The notes beneath the pieces were generated by a model that saw nothing but the letters and a program-made list of their open reading frames with translations, was not told the origin of the DNA and did no database searches. The position numbers and the translations under genes are program-made. Shown piece after piece: positions 12,891-26,200 of a stretch of DNA of 64,000 nt (within the stretch, counting starts at the first letter, position 1; each line of letters opens with the position of its first letter). The DNA lies in the NCBI GenBank assembly GCA_028534125.1, contig CM052816.1, positions 10,542,001 through 10,606,000 on the forward strand, given 5' to 3'. The stretch is from Lama glama (Eukaryota).

Positions 12891-13689
12891 ATTATAATTA
12901 GAAATTCCTCAGAAGATTTTCAAACACATGATTTTAAAAGTATGCTTTGTTTTAACATGATATTTCTTACCACATCCTTTTCCCCCAACTCCTGCAACAC
13001 CTCTCATGTTTCTTCTGAAAGCCAGTGAATGGACTGGAGTCACCCAACAAAAATTTGCTGTATAGGCAAGCTTTGCCCAAACACATCTATTCCTGCCAGA
13101 GAAGGCTACCTGTGGTGCCAGTATCTAAGAAGGTATCATTTCTCTGCTTGGGCAAACTAATGGGAGCGTTGAGCAATTACCTGGAAAATGCAATCAATGC
13201 CAGCAGGCAGTAAGAATCATTTAAACCAATAAACTCTTTCCCTCAACTGCAAGGCTCAGGGTAGGGTTTTCTTGGCGTGTCTTTTTGTTTTGTTTCCCAT
13301 TGGCTGAGCTTTCCAAATAATTGTTCCATCTGTCCACTTCACTTTGTCTGAGTAATCACAGCCCGGGGGGAGGTAGAAGTCAAATGTCAGACATGCTGGG
13401 AAAACTAATGTGTGGGAGGCTATGGGAAGAGAAATCATTGTCTGTTCTCCTTCCCTGCAGCTGGACCAGGGATCTGGAAGTCAATTATAAACACCAGTTG
13501 CCCCAGGGTGGCAGCTACAGTTTGGGAAGTGGGATGGGAGAGCGATTTGGAAGACCCCATTGTCCGGAGTGTTGGCTACCAGGATCGAAAGTGCTCAGTG
13601 ATGAGGTTAACGAGAGCCATGAAAGTCAAGCCAGAGATGAAAAGTTGGGAGACAGAAAATAACGGCCAGAACCCGTGTGACAGCTTTTT

Positions 13690-13905
13690 CCTGTGTCGTT
13701 TACTCTGAGCTAGGCCCTTGACTGGACCTTCTATGTGCTTGATTATTTTGATCCTCCCAACAGGTCTATTTCACAGATAAAGAAACTGAGGCCCAGAGAG
13801 GTTGACTAACTTGCCCAGGACCACACAGCTAGTAAATAGCAGAGCCAAGATTTGAGCTAAGTGAGTTTTAATCCAAAATCCCTTGCTCTTAGCCACTGCT
13901 CTTGG
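13690..13905 (-). mobile_element. MIR SINE
   Basis: tttcacagataaagaaactgaggcccagagaggttgactaacttgcccaggaccacacagctagtaa. Confidence 0.85.
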
Positions 13906-14059
13906 CTACTCTAAACTAGGGGTGCTATCAGAGGTAGAAATAGAGTCCTGGAGAGTACAAAAATAAGCCTAAATTATAAAAGCCTGGCTCCTGTTTCTTC
14001 TGCATCGATATTATACGTGCATTAGAAATAAAATGCTTAGAAGTAAAAACAGATTCAAT

Positions 14060-14175
14060 TTTCATTTTACAAAAGGCACAGAGAGGTTAAGTAACTCACT
14101 GAGGCCACAAAGTAAATAGGTTAGTGAAGGATTTGAACCTGGGCTTCTGAACCCAATCAGGGACTGTGCTCTTCA
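14060..14175 (-). mobile_element. MIR fragment
   Basis: ggcacagagaggttaagtaactcactgaggccaca...ggatttgaacctggg. Confidence 0.7.
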
Positions 14176-15739
14176 GTATGTTAGGCAGACTTCTCCCTTC
14201 TTTCAGACTATTAACTTCCAAGTAAAAGACATGAGCTCTTTCTCTTATAAACTGTACCATATTTCTAAAGATGTTTAGCCACGAATTAAAGTATGTTTGC
14301 AAAAATGCTGTATTAGAGAAGGTTAAACAGATTGCTGAAATCTTAGACTTCTCCCAGAATCCAACCTGCTAATGCCCATTGTAAATATCCAAGACAGGGA
14401 AATCATAAGCAGAATGTCTCCGACTTATTTGACTATGGAACCGTCTTTTTTTTTCTCAGATAAAGGTTGGACAGTAGTTGGCCAGTGTGTCTGCCATAAA
14501 TATGGCTTTGCTTCTATGCCTTTGCCTCTGTATAACAGGGTGGAGTTTTCTTAAAACACCAGCACTCACACTCTGCTGCCTAATACCCGAATCTTATGTC
14601 GGCTGAGCTGCCAAAGGGGAGCTGGTGAGATCTCTCCAAATCCCTGTCTTAGATGCAACCCATCCCCTTCTGGGTGCAGTGAGTTGCACAGAGATTGTTC
14701 TACTCTGATAAAATATTAATAGAAAATTATGACTTCATTTTTTGACCCATCTGTTGAAGGGTTCCTGAAAGGAAAAGTCAACGCAGAGAATTGCCTCTTA
14801 GTGGTGGAATTTTAAGCAGGAAGATCAGCTTGTACCTTGGGGAGTGGGGCTTCCTGTAAGGCAGCCTGTAACCTGCTCTGACTAGAGGTGAAACCAGCAT
14901 GAGCATGACAGTTTCAGGGTGTGATGCTGGAGGTACAGGTTGTATGAGTAGGATGTTCTGGTGGGTTGGGTGAGACCTCAGAGGGATCTCAGAATAAATT
15001 TTCAAATTAACATGGGTGGGAAACTTAAAATAAGGTAGCCATAGTGCCATTTAAAATCAAGGAAATACATCTACAGGATTTCTTTTGTAAATATATTTTC
15101 TGGGAATTCTCCTTAATTTTATAATGAAATAACATCTGCATTCAAGAACCTGGAATTGCAGTGAAGCTGTGACCTCAGCCAGAGGGAAAGAGAAGACACA
15201 GACCCCTGTGGCACCCATGCAGGTCGTTCCGTGGGTGCAGTTTGGCTTTCTGATCTGGTCCAGGCAGACTGTGGAAGCAGAGATGCAGTTAGCCCAGTTC
15301 CTACCACAGGGAGTTGTTGGGAGGAACCCCAACTCCATACTTTGTCCATTCACCAGTTTGCTAGTTACCAAGTGCCAACAACAAGTCAGGTGTCATGCTT
15401 GGTGCTAAGTATAGAGTGGAAAGAGTTAGGCATAGTCACTGTGCTCAGGGGACCATACTCCAGGGCTGAAGATGGATGTCAATGAAATTCACACATCCTA
15501 TTAATATGATAGTTTTGGCACAGAGGAAAGGGTCATAGTGAAGGCAGGTGATGGTCTATAATGCACATTTAATATCTAATAGGCATCAGAGCATCATGTA
15601 GACAAAACACCTCTCAACCCGCTCCTCCCCATGTCAAGTTCATGATAGCTCCATTTTCCCATCTTGGCATCACCCTTCACGCTGGCTTTCTTGCATACCT
15701 GACATCCAACACTCCTCATTCACTGCACTGCTACCATTC

Positions 15740-16365
15740 TCTTCTGTTTCTCACTTGACTATTGTAGTCTCTGCTTTCATTCTTGTTTCTTTTCTGTGCA
15801 GCAGCCGGGTTCTCTGGTGACTTCTCATTTCATTCAGAGTATAAGGTAAAAGTCCCTGCCATGTCCTAAGTGTTAAGCCCTGGTGATCTGCCCACCACCA
15901 CCGCCTCTCTATCCTTGTTACCTGCCGCTCCCCTCCCTCCCCCTCTGTGACTGCACTCATTTCTGCAGTGGTCCCCAAACACAGAGCACTTGCCAGACTT
16001 AGGAATTTTGCAGAGGCTGTTCCCTCTCCCTGGAATGCCTTCTCCCAGTGTCTCACTCACTCATTCAGTTCTTTTAGATCTTTGTTCAAATGTCACTTTG
16101 TTAGAGGAGACTAATCTGACCTTCTTAGGTAAACTTGTGTCCCCTTTAGCTTCCTGTGCCCCTTAACCAGCTTCTTTGTGCTTCACAGAACTTATCATTA
16201 CTTACTGTGTCATGTATTTATTTATTTCATGGTTGTCTCTCTTCACATCTCCTAGAATGCAAGTTTCATGAGACCCGCAGCCTTATTTTCCAAATCCCCA
16301 TATATGCTTTGGACAGGGTTGGCCCTCAAGAAACATTTGTTGAACAATTTATTGAAAGAATAAAT
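15740..16365 (+). mobile_element. L2 LINE 3' region
   Basis: ggctgttccctctccctggaatgccttctccc...ctagaatgcaagtttcatgag...catttgttgaac (L2 3' end). Confidence 0.8.
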
Positions 16366-16798
16366 GATATAATAAGCACAGCATTCCACCAGCCCTGAAG
16401 CTTGGGGAAGGGGCCCAATTCCAACGATATTCGCCTCACTTGGTCTCTCCTGTCTCTGTAATCGCCCTTCCTGCTGTTTGTTTATCACACAACTTTGTGT
16501 ATGTGTGTGCACAAAACTACAAGAGGCTGAGTTGCGTATGCCCTGCAAAGTGGCATTTCCCTTGGCAACTCCTCTCCCTGAGGAGGATGAATCTGCGTCT
16601 GGTTCAGTGGCGTTAGTTCCACAGTTGAGCCATGTGTGTCTGGTCATTCTGGGGTTCTTCCTACACCTGGCTGTTTAGGGAGACACTCTGTCCAGCATCC
16701 TGGGCTCCAGCTAAAGAAGAGGTCTTCCTGGGCGGGGGAACTGTGTGACCGAAAAAAAGCCTAAGAGGGGGGAAATTCAGAAAATCAAAAAGCAAGCT

Positions 16799-16977
16799 GG
16801 GGTGGAGGGTTTAGCTCAGTGGGTAGAGTATGTGCTCAACACGCAAGAAGTCCTGGGTTCAACCTCAGTACCTCTACTTAAAAAATAAATAGGTAAATAA
16901 ACTCAGTTAACCCCCTAAAAAAACCCAAAACAAAACAAAAAAAAAGATAAGAAACAATAAAACAGTTAAAAAATTTT
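16799..16977 (+). mobile_element. tRNA-derived SINE (vic-1-like)
   Basis: tagctcagtgggtagag...gtcctgggttcaacctcagtacctc, an A-rich tail, and flanks aaaaagcaa/aaaaagcga. Confidence 0.85.
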
Positions 16978-19469
16978 AAAAAGCGAACCAAAGCATTTCC
17001 TCTTTAATGCCCCTCTTGACTGCCACCTTTTGTACTTGATGTATGTGTAGAGTTTGAAAAAGAAGTCTGATTTTACTAATTGACTATTACTAATGGATAC
17101 TTCATTTACCAGGGAACGCTGAGATTCCTGTTAACCTGCAAGCTTCCCTCATACATGTAGGATCGAATTTAGGTCACAGAAATTCCATCTGCCTTTTACA
17201 ACAGAGGCACCCAATGGAGATGTGATAAGCAGGGAGACTTGACTTCTGACTCCAGCTTTGCTAGTTATGAGCCCCTTCACTTCTCTGCTTTCATTTCTTT
17301 GCTTATAATCACTGAACCAATGGGGCTGTGGTGAGGACTCTGAGTCCTGCTTCTCTTGGTGGCCAGAGTACAGCAAAGCTGCAACAGACAGTAACTCTAG
17401 GGCTAAAGAACACGTCTAGTGTGCAAAGGGAATTTGGCATCATGTTCGTGCATTTCCGTATGTGTGTCCCTACTAGGTGGTACGTCTGTGGGTACACACA
17501 TGTGGCAATTTGGAGCTTCAGTTGACAAGAAGCCTGTCAAGTTGGGAGTGCTTTGGTGGCTGTTGGGAGCTTGCTCTGTAATCCTGGAACACATTTAAAA
17601 TGACCATCCCTTTCCATATTTTTCATGCCTACAGATTCGGAGGTTTTGCTTTCTATTTCCGTTTGCTGTCAGAGCATTGTTTTAGCTTCTAACTTGGCAA
17701 ATTCTAATTGCTTCTGCTTTTTTTCCATAGCAAGGGAAAAAAAGGAATGTGGACAAAGAGGGTGAAGGACGAGGATAACAAATTCGGCTGTACCTGCTTA
17801 GCTGGCTGGATTTCCTTCCTTCTTGTTTTGATGTGGCGCTGTTTGATTTCCCTGTTTGCACATGTGCTCCTTCTTCCCATCCTGCCAACCTTTTGATCGT
17901 TTTCTTCCTTCAGCAAGAAAAAAACAAGCACCACCAAAACTTCATTTGTCATACAGTTTAATTGAATTTATGGCAGCTGTCACAAAATAAAATAAAAACC
18001 TCACAAATACGAATCCAGTGAATCCTAGGATTAGGTCACATCTGAAGTTTTAGAAAATTCTTCAAGGCATTTATTTGCAAATAGGACTCCATTTGCATAT
18101 TTCATAAGCATAATACAAATGTATTATTTATCAGGTAGCCTAGGCATGCCTGTTCAAACGAATGGTTGCAAATTCCACCTTCATTTAAAAATCCTCATTG
18201 TAAATCCATTCGCCAGCTTGTAGGACAAATGGGCTTTTCAACCCTTCCTTTCCTGATTTATTCAAAATCCTCTAGCTGCCATGCTATGAGTGACCTTTCT
18301 TCGGGTTATAGGCCTGTGGATTTGAAGAGAATGGCTTCCAATATATAAAATTACAAAATACCAAATAATTTAAATGTCACCATTGCCCTTTCCCATTGAG
18401 CTACATCTTATCTGTCCTTTCCAAAGATGGGGCCCAAAGATGCTCTTGCAGGTCTTTAGGCAGAAGCCTGACCTCAAACTTAGGCAATTTCAGATGTCAG
18501 TAACTCTGGAGTTGGGTGTTTCATGCCTCCATAACTTGTCTAACCTTCATGTACTGAGAAGAAATTGAACTGGAGCCGGTGCTGGTTCCTGTTGGTCTCA
18601 GAGCCCATCAGCCAGAGAAAACCACCCCTCTCAGATCTGAGGCAATTGATGAGTGAATCATCTGTCCAGGAGAAAACAAAATTAAATAAGCAGGTCATGG
18701 TTTGACTTCTTGCCACTAGTGCTTTATAATTCACCATCCATTTTAAGTGAAGCCAGTATGAGAGCTCCCCCCCCCCACTATGATTGCTATCTTTGGTGAA
18801 AAGTAATTACAGGCAGAAAAATACTGAAAATGGTAGAGTATTTGCTAAAACATCTCTCAGGGCTTCTTTGTGGCAAGTTGTTATTTATTCTTCAGGATAC
18901 TGGAAGGCACTTTCTTCCTCATAGAGCCCCACAAGGTTCTCTGTATTACAGGGAGTGAGACACTGTGACAAAGAGCAAGTGGCCCTGGCTCCCTTCTGCT
19001 TGCCTGTCATATCGTGTATCTGAGTGCTGATTTTTATCCAGTGGAAACAGCTTCTGCCCTGGGATTAAAGAACTTCTCCTTCTAGTCTAATTTCTGATCA
19101 CTTCCTGATCTTTTAATAAGTGCCAAGAGGTGCTCTAGGTTCTAAAGGTGAAAGGGTAAATAAGATAAAGGTCCTGCCCTTAAAGAATTCAGAGTCTACA
19201 AACAGTCTATAATGTAGTGCTGTGTGTGCTTTGATACTTGGCATTTTGGTTAAAGTTTAAAAGCAGTCAGTCAAAAGATATGTAAAATGTATTGTTCTGA
19301 ACTGAATTACCTCTTAAAATCTAAAAATGACTGGTTTTTCTCATGGAAGAAGTAAAAATGATTGTGTAATTATGCAGAGATAACATCTTCTTTTTCCATT
19401 TGTGTGTGTGGGATGGGATTCAGGTGTCACTGAGTAAAGAGTGGCTTCCACAAATTAAAGTTGGGTGTT

Positions 19470-19875
19470 TTTTTTTTTCCTGCCCTGAAAAGCCAGAGGC
19501 AGGCAGTTGTGTTGGTTCAGTGGCTTAAAGGTATCAGGGCCAAGGGTTCAGTGGTCCTTTTTTCTTGGAATGCCAGAAGACTGCAGTAGCTCCGGTCGTC
19601 ACATATTATTTCAGAAAAGAAAAAGGGGAGCAGTGGTAAATGGGGGAAAGGTGGCATCTATATCATGAGACGAGAAATATTTCCAGATACTCCAAGAAGC
19701 ATGTATGAGCCACATGGCCATGCCTCGCTGCAAGGGAGTAGTCTATGATTCCAAGTGGTTTTGTTTGTTTGTTTGTTTAACAGGGCAGTGTGTAGCAATG
19801 GACAAAATCAAGAATCTATTAGTGAGGTAGAAGGAAAGGAGGGATATTCCTAGGCAACCAGGAGTTTCTGACATA
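19470..19875 (-). mobile_element. MaLR LTR (MLT1J-like)
   Basis: ggttcagtggctt...cacatggccatgcctcgctgcaaggga...ggatattcctaggcaacc. Confidence 0.55.
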
Positions 19876-20462
19876 TCATTTTCCATAAGTACAAAATAAA
19901 GAGAAAATGTGGAAGAGAGAATAATGAACTATCTGAGGAGACAGTATCTGCTGGAGGAGCTGGGTTTTGATGTAGAAACAATAATCTTATTAGAAGCCAG
20001 AACTGTATCAGAAATTGTTTTGATTATGTATATAATTTCAAAGTTAGTTTTATATGAGTAAATATTCTGGTCACCTGACTGGTATGATATAGTGAGAAAA
20101 TACTCATTGTGTCTAGAGATGGTCTTCTATGGTGACTTACATTTCTACTTCCAGGAATCCTGTAAGAACTTTTTAAAGAATCTCTTGTAGTGCAATTGGT
20201 TATAAGCAATAAATAGTACCTCAGGGCCTAGAATGATTGATTTCACCGGTTAACACTGCCTTTTGCAGAAAACTTGGTCTGAGAGAGTGGTATGAAGGAT
20301 AGATACATTAGAGAGGCCACAGGGGTGATGAGTGTCACAGTGGGAAGCCAGGAACTTCTTAGAGCAAGTCAGTATTTTCACTGGATGGAAACATAAGCAA
20401 GGAAAATAATTCTGGTAGTGCTTGAGGGCAAAGGGATGTAGAATGTAAACATAGCCTAGTGG

Positions 20463-20566
20463 GTTTCTTTTCCTTCCTTCCTTCCTTCCTTCCTTCCTTC
20501 CTTCATTCCTACTCCTTCCTTCCTTCCTTCCTTCTCCTTCCTTCCTCTCTTTCTTTCTTTTTCTTT
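20463..20566 (+). repeat. (CCTT)n/(CTTT)n polypyrimidine microsatellite
   Basis: Directly visible. Confidence 0.95.
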
Positions 20567-22430
20567 CATCAAGGACTGATCCTATTCAATAAAATAGCTA
20601 ATCCTTTAAAAATAGTAGAGAGAACAGACAAACTCAGTCCAGATATCAGTTCAGTGCTCTCTGCAGATCTACTGAAGTGAGATGTTCAAACTAGGAGAAG
20701 CACTTTAAAAAAAGTTGTTCAGTTTATTGGACTGCTGCTTCTGACCAAGATGGAATAACAGAGACTGGGTTCACCCTCATTTCTGCAACCAATAAGCAAA
20801 AGGGCACAATATGTGAAGCAATGATTTTTAAGACACCGAAGGACAATCATCTCTGAGAGACAGGGCAAAATGATGTCAGCCCCACAATTGCCCCAGCTTA
20901 CAACCATGAGAGAGTTTCCAGACCATGGCGCAAAGAAGGGGAACTCAGGCAGATCCTAGAAGATTCTCTGAGTCGAGGAGATGGAGCTGAGAGTCAGACT
21001 GAGGAAGCTGAAGTTTGTAGGACAAGGAACTAGAGATAAGAGATCTGTTTAGAAAGAGAACTGCAGAAATTTTAGAGGCTCCACATCAGTTATTCAGCGG
21101 AGTAGTGATCAGTGTATACATGAAGAAACTACTGGGAGCCACCCAAGAAGGTTGGGATGAACAGCACCTGGTGCTCACACAGGGCCCATCCAGCGAACTG
21201 AAAAACTTCATCATTCATGGAACAAGTGTGTAAAGTACTCAGAAGGTTATAGCTTCAGGAGTGACAATAATTAGCCCTAGACTAAACTGAGCTGTGGTTC
21301 CACTTAATATATCTGAAGAGATCATACTATTTCCAAGTAACTTAACTGCCTCCCAGAAAAAAATCTGAAAGTATTCATAGGGAAACAAAAATATACAGTA
21401 CTCAACAAGGTAAAATTCACAGTGTCTGTCATCCAGTAAAAAATTACTAGGCATGCAATGATCAAGGAGAATACAACTCATAACGAGGAGAAAAATTAAT
21501 CATTTGTAACTAACCCAGAACTAACACAGATGTGATGATTAGCGGAGAAGGACATTAAAACAGTTATAACTCTATTACATGCATTCAAATATTAAGTTGA
21601 GATACGAAAGAAATAAAAATAGACTCAAATTGAACTAAATGGCAGATTAGACACTGCAGAAGAAAAAATGAGTAAGCTTTAAGACCCAGCAATAGAAAAT
21701 ATTCAAAATAAAATGGAGGGAAAATAAAGACTTTTAAAGGATGAACAAAGCACTGTTGCAGCTTCCAGTGGATTAATCTATATTTAGCTGGAGTCTCCAA
21801 AGGGGAAGGAATGGGGGCAGAAAAATTTCTTTGAAGAATTAATGGCTGAAATTTTTCCAAATTTGGTGAAAATTATAAATACACTGAGCCAAAAAATCTC
21901 ATACCAACACACAATATAAACTGTTTAAACTATAAGAAAGAAAAAACTATTAAAGAAAAATTTTTAAAGCAGCCAGAAGAAAAAGGAGGCATTACATACA
22001 GAAGAACAAAAATAGAGATGACAGGAGATATTTTGTAGAAAATGATGCAGCATCATTTTTGAAGTCCAGAAAAGATGAATCTATGTCAACCTAGAGTTCT
22101 ATACCCAGTGGAAAAAAATATGTTTAAAAACTTTTCAAACATACAAAAGCTACAATAATTCCTATCCAGCAGAACTGTGCTATAAGAAATGTTAAAGGAA
22201 GTTCTTTAGGCAGAAGGAAAATGATACCAGGTGTATAGGAAGGAATTTAGGGAACCAGAAACAGTAACCGTATGGCAAAACTGAAAGCTTTTTAATTATT
22301 AGTTAAGTTACTTTAAAAGAGAATTGACTAAATAAAATAATAACAATACGGTGTGAGATTTGTAGCATGTAAAAGTCAAGTGTACAAGAACAATATCACA
22401 GAGACTGGGGGGAGAAATGGAAATATAACA

Positions 22431-22918
22431 CAGGTGTACTTCATTTTATTGTGGCTGGCTTTATTGCATTTCACAGATACTGCATTCTTTTACAAATGGA
22501 AGGTTTATGGCAATTTTTTGTCAAGCAAGTCTGTCAGCACCATGTTTCCATAATGTTTAACAGCATTAGCTCACTTCCTGTCTCTGTGTCACATTTTGAT
22601 ATCTCTCACATAGTTAAATCTTTTTATTATTATATTTGTTATAATGATCTGTGATCAGTGATCTTTGATGTTACTACTATGACTTGCTGAAGGCTCAGAT
22701 GATGGTTAGCATTTTTTAGCAATAAAATATTTTTTCATTAAGGCATGTACATTTTTTCAGACATAATGCTATTGCACACTTAAGAGACCACAGTATAGTG
22801 TAAACATAACTTTTGCATGCACTGGGAAACCAAACATTTATGTGACTTGCTTTATCGTGATATTCTCTTTATTGCATTGGTCTAGAAATGAACCTGCAGT
22901 ATCTCCAGGGTATGCCTG
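22431..22918 (+). mobile_element. Tigger1-derived non-autonomous DNA transposon nested in L1
   Basis: Both Tigger1 ends are present (caggtgtacttcattttattg... and ...atctccagggtatgcctg) and are joined across an internal deletion. Confidence 0.88.
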
Positions 22919-23043
22919 TGTTGTAAGGTTTTTATGCTATATATGAAGTAGTATAAAATCACCAAAAGTCAGACTGTGGTAATTTAAAGATGTATATCAT
23001 AAGTCCAATAGCAATCATTAAAACAACAAAACTAAAAAATATG

Positions 23044-23253
23044 AGAAGAGATAGACTGGGATTTCAAAATTGTAGAATAGATAAACAAGATTACACTGTA
23101 TAACACAGGGAAATATATACAAGATCTTATGGTGGCTCACAGGGAAAAAAATGTGACAATGATTATATACATGTTCATGTATAAAAATTGTGCTCTACAC
23201 TGGAATTTGACACAACATTGTAAAATGAGTATAAATCAATAAAAATGTTTAAA
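23044..23253 (+). mobile_element. Young L1 3' tail nested in the old L1
   Basis: ttgtgctctacactggaatttgacacaacattgtaaaatg...aataaaaatgtttaaaa, with TSD aaaactaaaaaatatg/aaaactaagaaatatg (23028-23043 and 23254-23269). Confidence 0.88.
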
Positions 23254-26200
23254 AAAACTAAGAAATATGGCTCAATACTCAAAAATTAGATGAAATGAAG
23301 TCATAAAATACCCAATAAACCAAAAGAAGGCAGAAGTGGAAAAGGGGAACAAAAACACAGAAGAGACATATAGAAAACAATAATGTTACAGATTTCACCC
23401 TAACTATATCAATAAGCATAATGAATATAAACGTTATAAACACTCCAACTGAAAAGTAGAGATTTTCAGACTGGTAGGATTAAAAAAAAAAATCCAAATC
23501 TAACTAGATGCTTCCTACAAGAAACACAACTTTAGCTATAAAGACACAAATAGGTTTAAAGTTAAAGGGTAGGAAAATGTATACCACACTAACGCTAATC
23601 AAAAGAAAGCTAGAGTGACTATGTTAATATCAAAATCAATTTCAAAGCAAAGTATATACCAAGGATAAAGAAGGTCATCTTTAATGATAAAGGAATCAAT
23701 TTATCAGAAAGAAATAACAGTCTTATATGTTAATGCGCATGACAACAGGTCTGCAAAAATTAAAAAAAAAAAAGAAAGGAGCAAAAGACAAACCTACAAT
23801 TATATGTGGAGATTTCAATTTCTCTCAGTAACTGATAGAGCAGAAAATCAGTAATGATACAGAAGACTTAAGCAGCACAATAAGCCAACTTGACTTAATT
23901 GACATTTATAGAACATTCCACTCAACAGCAGCAGAAAATACCTTCTTTTTCAGTGCACCTAGAACATTTAGCAAGTTAGGCTATAATCTTGGCTGTAAAA
24001 TCAATCTCAATAAAATTAAAAGGATTTAAATCAAACAAAGAATGTTATGTTTGACAACAATGGAATTAAATTAGAAATCAATATGAAAAGATCTCTGGAA
24101 AATTCCTTCAGTATTTCAAAGCTGAATAGTACAAACCTAAACAAGTCAAAGGTCAAAAAATTAAAAAGGAAATCAAATTATTTTGAAATGAAAACACAAC
24201 ATATCAAAATTTGTGGGATGCCACAAAAGCAGTACTTATAAGAAAATCTATAGCACTAGACAGCTATATTAAGAAAAAGAGTCCCAAATCAATGACTTCA
24301 GCTTTCACTTCAAAAAACCAAAGAAGAAAATGAAATCCAAAGTAAGCAGAAAAAAAGGAAATAATGAAGATCAAAGATAAAACTCAATGAAATAGAACAG
24401 AAAAATAATACAGAAGGTCAGTAACACCAAAATCTTGTTTTGGGGGAAGATCTAGCCAGATTGATCGGGGGGAAAAAACCCCAACAACCAGAAGATGCAA
24501 AATATCATCAGGAATAAAAGAGGTACACCTCTACAGATTCTTCAGATATTAAAAGGATAATAAGAGAATATTGTGAACAACATTATGCCAATAAATTTGA
24601 CAACTGAGATGAAATAGAAAAATTCCATGAAAGGACACCAAAGCCACTCAAGAAAAAAATAGATAACCTGGTTAACACTGTATCTACTAAAGAAATTGAA
24701 TTTGTAATTAAAAACCACAGAAAACATCAAGCCCAGATGGCTTACTGGTAAGTTCTGCAACACTTTTCCAAAAAATTGAAGAGGAGTGAATAATTAATTC
24801 CCAACTCATTCTAATGAGGTCAGTAGTCCCTGATACAAATTTCTCTCATGAGTATAAATGCAAAAGTTATAAACACAATTTTTGCAATTAACATCTAAAA
24901 ATATACAGAAAGATAATGTACCACAATCAAATGCAAGATTACTTTAACATTAAAGAAATCAATTAGTGTAATTCACCACATAAATAAAATATTGAAAGAA
25001 AAAATGGATCACCTAGTAGATGCAGAAAAAAAAAACGCTTGACAACATTTAACAAACATTCCTGATACAACCTCTCAGCAAACTAGAAATAGAATGAAAC
25101 TTCCTTAACCTTAACAGATAAACCCATTAATGAAAAATCTACAGTTAACATCATACTAAATGGTGAAAAACTGAAAGGTTTTCCCCTAAGTTTAGGAACA
25201 AGACAAGCATGTCTAATTTCACTGCTTCTGTTAAAATTTTTATAAGAGGTTTTAGCCAGTGGAACAAGGTGAGAAAAATAAGATATAGATTACAAATAAG
25301 CACAGGAAAAGATACTTATTTAGGAAAATGCATATTTAAAACACAGTATGCCACTGTATTCCCAGTAGACTGCCGAAAATTAAAACATCTGCCTCTACAG
25401 TGGGCTGATGAGGATGTGGAAGGGCTAGAACTCTGGGTCATGTGGGTGATGGCAATCACTTTAGGAAAAAATCGCTTTAGATTGGCATTTCTTAACAATA
25501 TTACCAATACACTTACCATAATAATGAACTATTCCATTCCTACGCATTTACCCAAGAGAAACAAAAGCACATGCAAATACGTGCACACGATTGTTTCTAG
25601 CAGCTTTATTTGTAATAACAAAAAATTGGAAACAACACAAATTCCAGTAATGGAAAACAAACTGTAGTATATCCATGTAATGGAATGCTAGTCAGCAATA
25701 AAAAGGAATGGACTATTGATACACACAAAGACATGGATTAATCTCAAAATAATTATGTTGAGTGAAGGAAGCCAGAAAAAAAAAAAGAATATGTACCATA
25801 GGGTTGCATTTATACAAGATTATAGAAAATGCAAACTAATGAATAGTGACAGTGAGCCGATCAGAGGTGCCTGAGATGGGGGGTGTGGGAAGCAAGAGCT
25901 GGAAAAAATGGTTACAGGGAAGCAGGAGAAATATTTGGGGGGTGTTGGCTAAGATTATTATATTGATTAAAGTGATATTTTAAGGTGTATACATGTCACA
26001 ACTTATCAAATTCTATACTCTAAATATATCCTGTTTATTAAGTCAAGTATACCTCCAAAAGCTTTTTAAAAAGAGAGTAGAAAGGGCTACAGTAACCATC
26101 TATTAAAGCCTATTAAATACTATAAAACTATTACAAAATAATAATTGTATATAGATAGCAGATGAGCAAAATCTAATGCTTTGATCTATGCTATTTTTTA

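Larger units (their letters stand above)
20715..26075 (+). mobile_element. Old, internally deleted L1 (L1MC/L1MD-like) with 5' UTR, ORF1 and ORF2 remnants and 3' UTR; non-coding
   Basis: 5' motif cttctgaccaagatggaataac, ORF1 remnant (tgtcaacctagagttctatacccag), endonuclease remnant (cctacaagaaacac...aaagacacaaatagg), RT-region remnants, and 3' UTR (gcaataaaaaggaatg...acatggattaatctcaaaa). Many frameshifts. Confidence 0.85.

Noticed and set aside
20715..26075. Possible active full-length L1
   Set aside because: It has many stops, frameshifts, internal deletions and nested insertions.
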